Positions 39,079 through 49,712 of a stretch of 64,000 bases of DNA are shown piece after piece (position 1 is the stretch's first letter; each line of letters opens with the position of its first letter). A program made the translations under genes and the position numbers. The notes beneath the pieces were generated by a model. That model saw only the letters and a list, made by a program, of their open reading frames with translations, was not told the DNA's origin and searched no databases. Origin of the DNA: Candidatus Aminicenantes bacterium (GTDB lineage Bacteria > Acidobacteriota > Aminicenantia > UBA2199); contig JADFDP010000002.1 in the NCBI GenBank assembly GCA_018262835.1, positions 34,873-98,872 of the forward strand. The letters run 5' to 3'.

Positions 39079-41193
39079 TCAGGCGCTGTGCTCGGGCAGA
39101 AAAAGGATGAAGGTCGTGCCGCTGCCTTTTTTCACGTTGATCTCGATCCAGCCGGCATTCTCCTCGATGATCTCCTTGACCGTGGTCAGGCCCAGGCCGG
39201 TCCCCTTTTCACCCTTGGTGGTGAAATAGGGTTCAAATATCTTGTTGATGATCTTTTCCTCGATGCCGGTGCCGTTGTCGGATATTTTGATGCGGATGAA
39301 GTTGTTTTTTGCCTTGGAAATGTAGATGCGGTCAGCCGTAATGCCGATCAGTCCTTTTTCGCGCCCGGCCGCCCAAATGGCGTCCTTGGCGTTGATCAGC
39401 ACGTTGAACAGCGCCAGCAGGAATTTTTCCTTGTTCATCAGGACGGTCAGGGTGCTGTCCATATAGTTCTTTTCGACCTCGATCCTTTTGAGAACGGTCT
39501 TGCCCAGCAGGTTGAGCACGGTTTCGATGGCATTCCCCACGTTCATGCTCTCTTTCTTCATCTTTTCCTTTTTTGAAAAATCCAGAATGTCCTTGCCCAG
39601 GTTGTAGGCGCGCAGGGCCACGTCCTCGATCAACACGGTGCGCTCGAAATTGGCGTGGCCAGCACCGACCTCCCTTTTGAGCATGCTCAAATGGCCCAGC
39701 AGGCTGGTCATCAGATTGTTGAATTCATGGGTAAAGCGGCTGAGCAGTTCTCCGAGCGTTCCGAGTTTTTTGGCATGCAGCAGCTTTTCTTCCAATTCGA
39801 ATTTTTCGCTGATGTCCTCCATCTGCAGCACTTCGGCCGGGGCTCCGGGCAGGGGAATTTTATAAAGGGTCAAGCGCAGGATTTTTTCACCGACCTCCTC
39901 TTGAACCACTGAAAAGCTGTCATAGAAACAGGGGTTGCCGCTCAGCAAAACTTTGAAATAATCTTCGCGCAGCGGCAGAAATCGGGGCAGGCACTCAAAC
40001 AACGGCTTGCCCTTGAACTGAATGAGCGGCCGCGCCAGCAGTTTTTCGGCGGCCGGGTTCATGGTGATCACTTCGGCGCTTTCGTTGCCGATGACGATGG
40101 CGGACGGGGAATGTTCGATGATCTTGGCAAAAAACTGCTGCAGTTCCCTGATCTCGTCGCGCTGGATTTTAAGTGAATCCGACATTTTGTTGAAGACGTC
40201 GGCCAATTCGCCGATTTCATCTTTGGACTCAAGCTTCATGCGGATGTCGTAATTGCCTCCGGCAATGGCTTCCGCGCCTTGGGCCAGGTTGACGATGGGC
40301 GAAGTCAGCTTTTTGCCCAGTAAAATGCTGGTCAGTATGACGAAAAAGCCGATCAGCAGCGATGTGTAAAGCAGGCTGGAAATGCCGACTTTTTTGGCCG
40401 CCATGATCTTTTCAATGTTGACCGCGACAAAAATTTCTCCGACTTTTTTCTTCTGGTAATCGTCCACCGAGAAGGTGTCCAGTAGATAGCGGTCGCCGCC
40501 AGGCTGGAAACGGACCATTTCATCAGGATTGGCCTTGGCCAGACGGGGGAAAATCATTTCGCCGTTATTGTCGGTCAAGGTGGAAGTGACAGGGTGGCCC
40601 ATGACGTAAACCATGATGTCGGTCTTTGATTTTTCCTTGATCTGGTCAGTGAATTCCAAATTGAAGGGAATTTCCAGCAGCAGGAATCCTTTGAGTCTAA
40701 AAGTTTCCTGGTCGATAATGGGGGATATGGCGGCCATGCAAAGGTTGCCGTCGATCAGGAAAACTCCGGCTTCACGGATCAGCGGGTCTCTTTTTTTATT
40801 TAAAAATGTGATTTGTTCCAGATTCTTTTCCGCAATGTGACTGTTCGACGAATTGTCATGGCTTAGAACGATCTTTCCCGTCGCATTGAGTATTTTGATG
40901 TTGATGTTGGAAAAAAAGAAATTCTTGAATTCCAGGGCCATGGCCAACTCATCCAGGTCGCCCGTGTTTTCGATGATCTCTTTTAATTCCGACAGGAAGA
41001 GCGCTTTGCGTACCAGGTCGCCGAGATTCTCCAGGAATATGCTTTCTGCCACTTTTTTTGCGGCGGCGATCTCCTCTTTGGCCATTTTTTCGTACCTGCG
41101 GGAAATGGAGATGATCGAGAAATTCAGGGAGATGACCATGGAGAGGATGGCGATGAATATCAGGGATAGAAAAAGTTTGGCTGTTATTTTCAT
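39079..41193 (-). CDS. Sensor histidine kinase with a periplasmic sensor domain, HAMP, PAS, HisKA and HATPase_c
   Basis: TM1 is followed by a roughly 250-aa periplasmic domain, then TM2, HAMP (…NLAQGAEAIAGGNYDIRMK…ELADVFNKMSDSLK), PAS, the H-box HEFNNLMTSLLGH and G-boxes. No receiver domain is present and there is no adjacent response regulator. Confidence 0.85.
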   Translation of the reverse strand: MKITAKLFLSLIFIAILSMVISLNFSIISISRRYEKMAKEEIAAAKKVAESIFLENLGDLVRKALFLSELKEIIENTGDLDELAMALEFKNFFFSNINIKILNATGKIVLSHDNSSNSHIAEKNLEQITFLNKKRDPLIREAGVFLIDGNLCMAAISPIIDQETFRLKGFLLLEIPFNLEFTDQIKEKSKTDIMVYVMGHPVTSTLTDNNGEMIFPRLAKANPDEMVRFQPGGDRYLLDTFSVDDYQKKKVGEIFVAVNIEKIMAAKKVGISSLLYTSLLIGFFVILTSILLGKKLTSPIVNLAQGAEAIAGGNYDIRMKLESKDEIGELADVFNKMSDSLKIQRDEIRELQQFFAKIIEHSPSAIVIGNESAEVITMNPAAEKLLARPLIQFKGKPLFECLPRFLPLREDYFKVLLSGNPCFYDSFSVVQEEVGEKILRLTLYKIPLPGAPAEVLQMEDISEKFELEEKLLHAKKLGTLGELLSRFTHEFNNLMTSLLGHLSMLKREVGAGHANFERTVLIEDVALRAYNLGKDILDFSKKEKMKKESMNVGNAIETVLNLLGKTVLKRIEVEKNYMDSTLTVLMNKEKFLLALFNVLINAKDAIWAAGREKGLIGITADRIYISKAKNNFIRIKISDNGTGIEEKIINKIFEPYFTTKGEKGTGLGLTTVKEIIEENAGWIEINVKKGSGTTFILFLPEHSA

Positions 41194-42719
41194 TTCAGTT
41201 GCAGGTCATACAGGAAAAATTTGCCCAGCGGGTCGGGCTGGATGTTGCCGAGTTTGCGGTTGAAGATGATGACCCGCTTGTCCTGGTACAGGGGGATGAC
41301 CAGACCGTCGGCGATGACGGTACGGTCGAGACTGCGGTACATGGCCAGGCGTTTTTGCGCGTCGCGTTCGCGCCGGGCCGCTGTCAAAAGGTCGCGCAAG
41401 TCCAGGCGCTGGTAGCCGGCGATATTGGCAAACCCCTGTTTTTGCAACTGCTCCGACAGCAAGGGGAACAGCATGCTGTCGGGATCGGGAAAATCGGCGA
41501 TCCAACCTGAATAAGCCAGGTCATAATCGGACCGCGCGATCCTTTGCGCATAAACCTGGGGGGCCAGGCGGGTGAGTTTCAGTTTGATGCCGATCTGTTT
41601 TAGGTTCTTGGCGTACATGGATAACAGCTGAAAAAGCAGTCCGTCGCTTTGCTGCAAAAGCATTTCCAGATGGATGCCGCGGTCCATTCCCTCTTTTTTC
41701 AGCAGGTCATGGGCTTTGGCCAGGGAAAATGCGATTGGTGGTTCATTGGGGGCACCGGTTAAAAGGCCTGTGGGCAGCAACGTATGGATGGGGAGCGTGT
41801 AATCCTGGAACACGAGTTTCAAGGTCCGGGGATCCCAGGCGTGTCCCAGCGCCAGGCGAACGGTTTTGCGGTTCAGAGGCGGCCTGTTGGCATTGAGTAC
41901 GGCGTACATTACCGAGAGGTATGGCGTGGTGATGACTGTGACCCATTCCTGTTTTTTATAGCTGACCAATTTGGATATCGAATATGAGTAAATAATGTCC
42001 AGCATGCCTTCCTTGAAGTAATTGTTCAGTATTTCACTCCGGGGCTCGATGGTGTCGATGTATTCATCCAGGCTCGGCCTGCCCCGCCAATATGACTTGT
42101 TGGCCGTCAGAACCAAGCGCTTGTTTTTCTGCCAGGAGCGCAGTTTAAAGGGCCCGGTTCCAACGGGCTTGCGTGCAAAATCGGCGCCGGCCTTTTGGGC
42201 GGCGATTGGGGAGACGATGGCGGCGCATTCTACGGTCAAAGTGGCCAGAAATGGGAAAAATGGTTCGGAGAGGATGAATTGCACCCGGTAGGTGTCGATT
42301 TTCCTGACTGCCTTCAAATAAGTGAAAATATCGGGGAACAGCGGGAAATCCCGCAGGCGGTTCGGGTTGGCCGGATCCATCTGCCGGAAGAAGGTGTATA
42401 CAACCGCGTCGGCGTCAAAAGGGCTGCCGTCGTGAAAGCGGATGCCGCGGCGCAACTGGAACGTCCAGGTCCTCCCGTCCGGGCTGGTTTCCCAGCTAGT
42501 GGCCAGGGAGGGTTCGATTCTCATGGTTCGCGGATTAAGGCGCACCAGAGTGTCAAAAATGTTGTCGACGTAAAAAGACGATGTGTCGTCCCAGGCCTTG
42601 GCGGGATCGATCGCGGCCGGCTCGTAGAGGCTGCCGGACCGCACCACTCGCTCGGCCAGCAGTGGGGCGGCCAGGACGAGCAGGGACAAGGCCGCGAGCG
42701 CCTTCCTTTTTATTTTCAT
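41190..42719 (-). CDS. Family-5 extracellular solute-binding protein (SBP_bac_5; peptide/nickel/oligosaccharide-type)
   Basis: A signal peptide is followed by ...LVRLNPRTMRIEPSLATSWETSPDGRTWTFQLRRGIRFHDGSPFDA..., which is canonical for SBP_bac_5. There is a 4-nt overlap with the downstream histidine kinase. Confidence 0.85.
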   Translation of the reverse strand: MKIKRKALAALSLLVLAAPLLAERVVRSGSLYEPAAIDPAKAWDDTSSFYVDNIFDTLVRLNPRTMRIEPSLATSWETSPDGRTWTFQLRRGIRFHDGSPFDADAVVYTFFRQMDPANPNRLRDFPLFPDIFTYLKAVRKIDTYRVQFILSEPFFPFLATLTVECAAIVSPIAAQKAGADFARKPVGTGPFKLRSWQKNKRLVLTANKSYWRGRPSLDEYIDTIEPRSEILNNYFKEGMLDIIYSYSISKLVSYKKQEWVTVITTPYLSVMYAVLNANRPPLNRKTVRLALGHAWDPRTLKLVFQDYTLPIHTLLPTGLLTGAPNEPPIAFSLAKAHDLLKKEGMDRGIHLEMLLQQSDGLLFQLLSMYAKNLKQIGIKLKLTRLAPQVYAQRIARSDYDLAYSGWIADFPDPDSMLFPLLSEQLQKQGFANIAGYQRLDLRDLLTAARRERDAQKRLAMYRSLDRTVIADGLVIPLYQDKRVIIFNRKLGNIQPDPLGKFFLYDLQLK

Positions 42720-44218
42720 CGCTTTAACTCCTTTGTAACATCGCGGAACAGGATGTGTCCCAGTGGGGTGAACGCCAGTCCGTTGATTTTTTTGCTGCAG
42801 GCCATGGTTTCGATCAGGTGGAACAGGGGGATCCAGGGCACGTCTTTCTTCAGTATGGCCAGGGCATCCAGATAGATTTGGTTCCGTTCCCGCACGTTCA
42901 TAGTGGTCTTTCCCATGTCCAGCAGGCGGGTCAATTCGGTGTTTTCATAAAAAAAGCGGTTGCGGTTGCCGGCGGAGAAGGTGAACAGGGGATACAGGAA
43001 AAAATCGGGATCGGGGCCGGTCTTCCAGCCCATGATCAGGAGGTCATGCTCTCCGCGACCGGCAATCCTCACCAGTTCGGCGAAAGGAAGTTTGATCTTT
43101 TTTATGTTGATCTTGACCTTTTTGGCGTAGATGGCCAGAAGGTCGGCGATCTCTTCGATGCCTTCCTGGCCGTCGGCGAAATGCAGCGTGCAGTCGAAAC
43201 CGTTCTCCATGCCTCCATTTTTCAGCAGGATGCGAGCGACTCGCAGATTGAAGCTTCGCAGCGGGGCTGGCTCCCCGCCCGGATTGATCGGCAGCGGCAG
43301 GGGGGCATATGCCGGATCGGCCAGTTTCTGAAAGATCTGTTTGACCATATTTTCCTTGCTGACGATGTGCAGTAAAGCGGCCCGGATCTCTTTGCGGTCG
43401 AAGGGTTTTTTCTTGGTGTTGAACGCCAGGTAATGGGTGGATATCGACGGGTTGCTTAAAATGGCGATCTCGCTGCGGCGCGACAATTCCTCGTATTCCT
43501 TGGCCGATTGAATGGCGGTCATGTCGGCGCTGCCGTTCTTGATCTGCAGCAGCCGGCCCAGCGAATCGGGCATGACCTTGAATATGATTTTTCCCACGTT
43601 GCCCGTTCCCTCCCAGTAGTAGGGACTGCGGGTCAGGATCAGCGATTTGCCTTTCGACCAGCTGGAGAAGCGGAACGGTCCGGTGCCGACAGGGACGTAG
43701 GGAGCGGAGCTGCCGGCTGTGGGAGATTGGATGAATGCGGCCGAATCAGCCAGGGCGATAAGGAAGGGGGCATAAGGACGGTCGAGGGTGATATCCACGC
43801 TGTATGGATCGCTGCTGTGGATGCCGGTGATAAATGAAAAAAGGAAACTCAGCCTCTGGTAGGTGGTTTGCTGTTTTTTCAGCCGGCTCTGAAAAGAATA
43901 GAGGACGGCCCGGGCGTTGAAATGGCTGTTGTCATGGAATTTAACGCCGCGGCGCAGGACGAAGCTCCAACGCTTGCCGTTTTCTCTGACGCTCCACGAC
44001 GTAGCCAGGCAGGGCTCGATGGCGGTGGAATTCTTTTTAAAGCGAACCAGCCCTTCGAAGATATTGGCCGCGATCTCATTGGAGTAGACATCGTCGGCTT
44101 GCCAGGGATTGAGGACCAGGGCGTCAGTCGGGCGCAGGTAGATGATCGAATTTTGCTCCCTTGCGCACAAGCCATTCCCGGCAAGAAGAAAAGCCACCGC
44201 CAGAGTCACAATTTTCAT
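42716..44218 (-). CDS. Family-5 extracellular solute-binding protein, paralogue
   Basis: A signal peptide is followed by ...GLVRFKKNSTAIEPCLATSWSVRENGKRWSFVLRRGVKFHDNSHFNA... There is a 4-nt overlap with the downstream SBP gene. Confidence 0.85.
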   Translation of the reverse strand: MKIVTLAVAFLLAGNGLCAREQNSIIYLRPTDALVLNPWQADDVYSNEIAANIFEGLVRFKKNSTAIEPCLATSWSVRENGKRWSFVLRRGVKFHDNSHFNARAVLYSFQSRLKKQQTTYQRLSFLFSFITGIHSSDPYSVDITLDRPYAPFLIALADSAAFIQSPTAGSSAPYVPVGTGPFRFSSWSKGKSLILTRSPYYWEGTGNVGKIIFKVMPDSLGRLLQIKNGSADMTAIQSAKEYEELSRRSEIAILSNPSISTHYLAFNTKKKPFDRKEIRAALLHIVSKENMVKQIFQKLADPAYAPLPLPINPGGEPAPLRSFNLRVARILLKNGGMENGFDCTLHFADGQEGIEEIADLLAIYAKKVKINIKKIKLPFAELVRIAGRGEHDLLIMGWKTGPDPDFFLYPLFTFSAGNRNRFFYENTELTRLLDMGKTTMNVRERNQIYLDALAILKKDVPWIPLFHLIETMACSKKINGLAFTPLGHILFRDVTKELKR

Positions 44219-44339
44219 TGTAATAATAATAATTCAATAAATGTTTTTTTTCAATACTGCCTGGTTCTGAATCCCATGAACTAAAAAACCCAAAGGGCAA
44301 TAACTATCTTTCTTCTTGCTCCATGGCGGGGATTCCCTG

Positions 44340-46097
44340 TCAGGAAAACAAGGGGAAATCAATAGTAAAAGCAGTTCCCATCCCGGGCGTGCTCTGCACT
44401 TCGATCTTGCCGCCATGCAGGCCGACGATATGCTTGACGATGGCCAGCCCCAGGCCGGTGCCGCCGGTCTGGCGCGAGCGGGCCTTGTCGGCCACGTAAA
44501 ATCGCTCGAAGAGGCGGGGCAGGTGTTCGGAGGCGATGCCGATGCCGCTGTCTCTGATCTCGATGAGTAGGCGGCCCCCGCGTCGGGGACCTTCAGGGCC
44601 GCCAGCAATCAAGAAGCGGATGGAGATGCCACCTTTTTCAGTGTACTTTACCGCATTGTCCATCAGGTTGATGAACATCTGCTCCAGGCGAAAAAGATCT
44701 CCCTGGAAGGAAATATCCCCAAGATTCTCAGGCAGATCGATAGCCAGGGTGAGCTGTTTTTCCCGGAGCTTTTTTTCAAACAAGCTGCGAATGCGGATCA
44801 GCATTTCCGGCCAGTTGATGGGTGTCATTTGTATATGGAGGCTTTTTTCCTCTAATTCGGAGAGGGTCAGTAGGTCGGCGGTCAGATTGATCAGGCGGTC
44901 AGTATGTCGGCGGATCACGTCCAGGTATTTCCGGGTATCCCCCGTCGCTTCTTCTGCCAGGGTTTCGCTGAAGCCCTTGATGGCGGTCAGCGGCGTGCGT
45001 AATTCATGGGAAACGTTGGCAATGAAGTCTTTTTTTACCTTCTCCAGTTGCCGGGACTCGCTGAGGTCATGGAAAGTGACCACGACACCTCCGGGGGCCG
45101 GCAACGGTGACAGAGAAACCAGGAAGGGGCGCTGGTTGATCTCGATCTCGGCATTGATGGTCTGTCCCAATCCGGTTTTTTTTACTAATTCATCGAAAGT
45201 GCTCTGACGCAGCACTTCCCAATAGGGCTTGCCCAGCGGCGCGGGTTCGCCGCTCAATCGGCAAAAACGCGGGCCGGCCCGGATGATCTTATCCCGGGCG
45301 TCGATGACAAGCAGGCCGTCGGAGACCGATGCCAGGATGGTTTCCAATTCCTGCCTGCTGGAACTCAATTCCTCGACCATCTGCTTCTGGCTGTCGACCA
45401 TGGCGTTGAAGTCGACGGTCAATTGGCCGACCTCGTCGCGGCGCCGTGTGCGGACATGGCTCTCCAATGTCCCGGAGGCGACCTGCCGCGCCGCCCGGGC
45501 CAGTTCGCGGATCGGCCGGGCCAGGTTCCGTGAAAGAAGGAAGGAAAAGAAAATGGAAAAGCCCAGCAGCCCCAGCAGCGCGGCGGTGATCTTCCATTGC
45601 CAGGGTGAAAGGACTTTATCGATCTCCCTGAAAAACATGCTCAGGCGCAGAACGGCGACCGTTTCGCCTTTGACCTGCAGCGGCCGGGCGAAATACAGCA
45701 TGTTCTCGCGCAGGGTGAAACTGTAGTGGATCGCGGAGCGCTTGCGCCCGGACAGGGCCGCGGCGATCTCGGGGCGGTCGGAATGGTTCTGCATCAGCCG
45801 CGGGTCCCTTTTGGAGTCGGCCAGCACGATGCCCCGGGGGTCGATCACGGTCAGGCGGGTCTGCGCCTGCAGGCCCTTTTCCTTGATGAAGCGACCCAGG
45901 GTGGCAGCGTCCATGGCCGACCATGATTGGGCCAGCTCGGCGCTCAACAGCATACCCAGCTTTTCCAGCGATTCTTCCTTGGAATGCATGTAAAATATCC
46001 TGATCTGGCCGCTGATCAGGAAATAGAAGGCCAGGGCGAGGAAAACGCTCAACAGGAAGAAGCCGGCGAAGAATTTCCAGAATATCCGCTTTTTCAT
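44340..46097 (-). CDS. phoR: Phosphate-regulon sensor histidine kinase (PhoR-like)
   Basis: Two TM helices, HAMP, PAS, the H-box VSHELRTPLTAIKGF and the G-box GGTGLGLAIVKHIV. Its position is downstream of phoB, phoU and the pst genes. Confidence 0.8.
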   Translation of the reverse strand: MKKRIFWKFFAGFFLLSVFLALAFYFLISGQIRIFYMHSKEESLEKLGMLLSAELAQSWSAMDAATLGRFIKEKGLQAQTRLTVIDPRGIVLADSKRDPRLMQNHSDRPEIAAALSGRKRSAIHYSFTLRENMLYFARPLQVKGETVAVLRLSMFFREIDKVLSPWQWKITAALLGLLGFSIFFSFLLSRNLARPIRELARAARQVASGTLESHVRTRRRDEVGQLTVDFNAMVDSQKQMVEELSSSRQELETILASVSDGLLVIDARDKIIRAGPRFCRLSGEPAPLGKPYWEVLRQSTFDELVKKTGLGQTINAEIEINQRPFLVSLSPLPAPGGVVVTFHDLSESRQLEKVKKDFIANVSHELRTPLTAIKGFSETLAEEATGDTRKYLDVIRRHTDRLINLTADLLTLSELEEKSLHIQMTPINWPEMLIRIRSLFEKKLREKQLTLAIDLPENLGDISFQGDLFRLEQMFINLMDNAVKYTEKGGISIRFLIAGGPEGPRRGGRLLIEIRDSGIGIASEHLPRLFERFYVADKARSRQTGGTGLGLAIVKHIVGLHGGKIEVQSTPGMGTAFTIDFPLFS

Positions 46098-46789
46098 GGC
46101 TCGATCTTGTAGCCCACGCCGCGGATATTCTTTATCAGGGCGCCGGCCGGCCCGAGCTTTTCCCTCAGGTGCCGGATATGGACGTCGATGGTGCGGTCGA
46201 TCACCGCCTTTTCGTCGCCCCAGAGCGCGTCGAGTATCTTTTCCCGGGTAAAGACCCAGCCGGGGTTGCGGCTGAGGATGAGCAGGATGGAAAATTCGGT
46301 GGAGGTCAGCTCGACGGCCCGGCCGTTGACCAGAGCATGGTGGCGCCCCTGGTCGATGGCCAGCATTTCGCCGACGCGGATCAGGTTTATATTTTGGGGG
46401 TCTGGCGCTGAACTCCGGCGCAGGACGGCCTTGATGCGGGCCACCAGTTCCGAGGGCGAGAACGGTTTGACCAGGTAGTCGTCGGCACCGAACTCCAGCC
46501 CCAGAACGATGTCCGGCTTTTCGCCCTTGGCGGTCAGGATCAGGATGGGCAAGGTGCTTGAGCGCTGTTCCCCTTTCAGCGATTTGCAGATTTCCAGTCC
46601 GTCGCCGTCTGGCAGCATCAGGTCAAGGACCAGCAGGTCTGGCAATTGCTTTCCCAGGTACTGCAGCAGCGGCCTGGCGGCGGCGAAAGATTTGACCATG
46701 AAGCCGGCCCGGGTGAGGTGCAGGGCGATCAATTCCAGGATATCGGGTTCATCGTCGACCACCGCGATGACCTTTTTTTGCGGAAGCAT
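46094..46789 (-). CDS. phoB: Phosphate-regulon response regulator (PhoB/OmpR family)
   Basis: REC domain (VIAVVDDEPDILEL...LLVLDLMLPDGDG) plus a winged-helix trans_reg_C domain (…VHIRHLREKL…VRGVGYKI). The start is taken at the internal Met (MLPQKK). Confidence 0.8.
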   Translation of the reverse strand: MLPQKKVIAVVDDEPDILELIALHLTRAGFMVKSFAAARPLLQYLGKQLPDLLVLDLMLPDGDGLEICKSLKGEQRSSTLPILILTAKGEKPDIVLGLEFGADDYLVKPFSPSELVARIKAVLRRSSAPDPQNINLIRVGEMLAIDQGRHHALVNGRAVELTSTEFSILLILSRNPGWVFTREKILDALWGDEKAVIDRTIDVHIRHLREKLGPAGALIKNIRGVGYKIEP

Positions 46790-46862
46790 TGGTTTCTGGC
46801 TGCTCAAGAGATCAAGTTCCCCGGCACCCGGATGGCGATGGACCGGCCAAGGCGCCCGTGGT

Positions 46863-47525
46863 TCATTGGCTCTCCTGGCGGTGGCGGACAATGCTGCCCT
46901 CGATCATGTAGATGACGTCCTCGGCGATGTTGGTGGCGTGGTCGGCGATCCGTTCCAGATGCCGGCAGACGCGTAGGTATTCGACCAGCTGGTCGGTCTG
47001 CCCGGGATATTTTTTGATCTCATCCTTCAGATGGACGAAAAGGACATGGACCATCTCGTCGATCTCGTCATCGGAGGTGCGGACCTTGTGGGCCAGCCCG
47101 GCATCCAGCCGCACCAGTGCGTCCAGGCAATTGCGGAGCGTTTCCTGCACGCGGCCGCAAAGGGGGGCGAAGTCCACGGCTGAACCGGGCAGGGTAAGGG
47201 GCGAGATGCGCAGGGACCGCTCGGCGATGTTGACCGCTTCGTCGCCGATGCGCTCCAGGTCGTTGTTGATCTTCAGCACGGCGATGATGAAGCGCAGGTC
47301 TACGGCGACCGGCTGGTGCAGGGCCAGGATCTTCAGGCACTCCTCCTCGGTGTCGATCTCCCACTGGTCGGCAAGGTTGTCCGCCTCCAGTACCCGCCGG
47401 GCCAGTTCGGCGTCCTTGGCCTGGATGGAGCGGATGGCGTTGCCCAGGTTTTTTTCGATCATGTCCCCGTAGAGGATGATCTTTTTCTTCAGTTTCTCGA
47501 TCTCGTTCTGCAAATGGATGGCCAT
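46863..47525 (-). CDS. phoU: Phosphate signalling complex protein PhoU
   Basis: 220 aa. Two PhoU repeats containing the DxxxD-like motifs ...IERIGDEAVNIAE... and ...LERIADHATNIAE... Confidence 0.9.
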   Translation of the reverse strand: MAIHLQNEIEKLKKKIILYGDMIEKNLGNAIRSIQAKDAELARRVLEADNLADQWEIDTEEECLKILALHQPVAVDLRFIIAVLKINNDLERIGDEAVNIAERSLRISPLTLPGSAVDFAPLCGRVQETLRNCLDALVRLDAGLAHKVRTSDDEIDEMVHVLFVHLKDEIKKYPGQTDQLVEYLRVCRHLERIADHATNIAEDVIYMIEGSIVRHRQESQ

Positions 47526-47538
47526 CCAATCCTCCTGG

Positions 47539-48360
47539 TCAGCCGAAACGGCCGGTCATGTAATCCTCGGTCCGCTTCTCGCTCGGTTTGGTGAACATGC
47601 GGGCCGTCTGCCCGTATTCTATCAGGTTGCCTTCGTAAAGAAAAGCGGTGAAGTCGGAGACGCGAGCCGCCTGCTGCATGTTGTGGGTGACGATGATGAT
47701 GGTATAGCGGCCGCGCAGTTCGGCGATCAGGTCCTCGATGCGCGCCGTGGCCCGGGGATCCAAGGCCGAGGTCGGCTCATCCATGAGTAAAATCTCGGGG
47801 TCGACCGCCAAGGCCCTGGCGATGCACAGGCGCTGCTGCTGTCCCCCGGACAGGCTCAGGGCGTTGTCCTCCAGGCGGTCCTTGACCTCATCCCACAGCC
47901 CGGCCCGCTTCAGGCTGGACTCGACGGTCGCCAGGAGTTCTCCTTTATCCAGGTGGTTGTGCAGTCGCCGGCCATAGGCGATGTTGTTGAAGATGGATTT
48001 AGGGAAGGGGTTCGGCTTCTGGAAGACCATGCCGATGCGCCGGCGCAGGGTGACCACGTCGAGCCGTGGTCCGTAGATCTCCTGGCCGTCAAAAAGCATC
48101 TTGCCAGTCGTGCGGCTGCCGGGGATCAGGTCGTTCATGCGGTTGATCGAGCGCAGCAGCGTGCTCTTGCCGCAGCCGCTGGGGCCGATGATGGCCGTCA
48201 CCTGGTAGGAAGGGAAATCCTGTGTAACGTTCTTCACGGCCTGGTTGTCGCCGTAATAGAAGGAAAAATCCTGGCAGGCGATGTGGGCTTTCAGGCCGTT
48301 TTCATCCATTACTGCCGGGGATCGATCCATCTGGGTCGATAATAGTGTGGTTTGGACCAT
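47539..48360 (-). CDS. pstB: Phosphate ABC transporter ATP-binding protein PstB
   Basis: Walker [10 protein letters not shown], the ABC signature LSGGQQQR and Walker [13 protein letters not shown]. PstB-specific N-terminus. Confidence 0.9.
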   Translation of the reverse strand: MVQTTLLSTQMDRSPAVMDENGLKAHIACQDFSFYYGDNQAVKNVTQDFPSYQVTAIIGPSGCGKSTLLRSINRMNDLIPGSRTTGKMLFDGQEIYGPRLDVVTLRRRIGMVFQKPNPFPKSIFNNIAYGRRLHNHLDKGELLATVESSLKRAGLWDEVKDRLEDNALSLSGGQQQRLCIARALAVDPEILLMDEPTSALDPRATARIEDLIAELRGRYTIIIVTHNMQQAARVSDFTAFLYEGNLIEYGQTARMFTKPSEKRTEDYMTGRFG

Positions 48361-48364
48361 GCGC

Positions 48365-49711
48365 TTATCCTCTCATTTTTTTGCTGATGCGGGCGCGGAT
48401 CAGGATGGCCGCCAGATTGAGCAGCAGCACCAGCAGCACCAGGGTCAGCACCATGCCGAACTGCACATGGCGGATCTCGTCGACCGCCTGGTGCTCGGTG
48501 GCCAGGTTGTAGATGTTCCAGGGCAGGGCCGGCGTGGGCTGGCTGATGGTTTCCCACAGCTTCAGCGGCTGGCCGACGCTGACCGCGGCGGTGAAGATGA
48601 TCGGCGCCGTCTCGCCGGCGGCGCGGCCCATGCTGATGATGATACCGGTCAGGATGCCGGGCAGGGCGGCGGGCAGCAGCACGGTCAGCACCATGCGCAG
48701 CGGGCTGGCCCCCAGGCTGAGCGCCGCCTCCTTGTAGGTGTGCGGCACCGCCTTGAGCGCTTCCTCGGAGGCGCGGATGATGGTGGGCAGGATCAGCAGC
48801 GCCAGGGTGGCCGAGCCGGCCAGCACGCTTTTGGAACTGGACAGGTGCAATGTGTTGATGAAGAAAGCCAGGCCGAACAGGCCGAAGACGATGCTGGGCA
48901 CGCCGGCCAGGGTGCTGATGCACACGCGTAGCAGGCTGACCAGCCGTCCGCCGGCGGCGAATTCGCTCAAGTAGATGGCGGCGATGATGCCGAAGGGGAT
49001 GGCCAGCAGCATGGCGCCCAGAGTCAGGTAGATCGTCCCGAGAATCTCCGGCCAGATGCCGCCGAAAAAATGGGAATCCAGGGAGAGGTCGGTCAGGAAG
49101 CGCCAATAAAATGTGAAGCGTGGCCTCAGCATCCTGGAGAGATTGTTTTCCATGTAAGGGAACATGGGGTCCAGCCGGGTACCGGCGAAGATTTTTTGGC
49201 GGGAGCGCAACACCTTTTTTCCCATGCTGCGGGTGTCGGAATAGTCCCACTCCTCGCTGTACAGAATCGCCTTGAGCTTGACCCGAGCGCGGTCCCAGCG
49301 CGTCTGGCCGTACTGCTGGCGCAGCATCACCGCTTCCATCTCGCCGGGCAGGGGGCCCAGCAGCTCGCGCAGCAGGCTTTTTATTTCCTTCAGTTGGGCG
49401 CGGTATCCCTGCCGCCGGGTGGAATCCATGCCGTCCAGTTCATCCTCGAAGGCGGACAGCATTTCATAGACCGGCCGGCGCGCCGCGCCGACGATCCGGA
49501 TTTCGCTGGCGACCGCCTGGGCATTGCCGCGGTTGAACTGCTCCAGCGCCAAGCGCCGGTGTTCGCTGGTGCCCCGGAAAAAGAAAGCGCCCAAACCGCG
49601 GGAGAAAATGGGTGCCAACAGCACCAACAGCGCCAGCGACATCAGAACGACGGCCATGATGCTGATGCTGGTCAGGGAGCGGTCGAAGAGTTTGCGTGCC
49701 TGCAGGTCCAT
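48365..49711 (-). CDS. pstA: Phosphate ABC transporter permease PstA (with an enlarged N-terminal periplasmic loop)
   Basis: The C-terminal roughly 290 aa is a BPD_transp_1 permease with the EAAxxxG-like motif [14 protein letters not shown]. It follows pstC and precedes pstB. Confidence 0.85.
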   Translation of the reverse strand: MDLQARKLFDRSLTSISIMAVVLMSLALLVLLAPIFSRGLGAFFFRGTSEHRRLALEQFNRGNAQAVASEIRIVGAARRPVYEMLSAFEDELDGMDSTRRQGYRAQLKEIKSLLRELLGPLPGEMEAVMLRQQYGQTRWDRARVKLKAILYSEEWDYSDTRSMGKKVLRSRQKIFAGTRLDPMFPYMENNLSRMLRPRFTFYWRFLTDLSLDSHFFGGIWPEILGTIYLTLGAMLLAIPFGIIAAIYLSEFAAGGRLVSLLRVCISTLAGVPSIVFGLFGLAFFINTLHLSSSKSVLAGSATLALLILPTIIRASEEALKAVPHTYKEAALSLGASPLRMVLTVLLPAALPGILTGIIISMGRAAGETAPIIFTAAVSVGQPLKLWETISQPTPALPWNIYNLATEHQAVDEIRHVQFGMVLTLVLLVLLLNLAAILIRARISKKMRG

Positions 49712-49712
49712 G

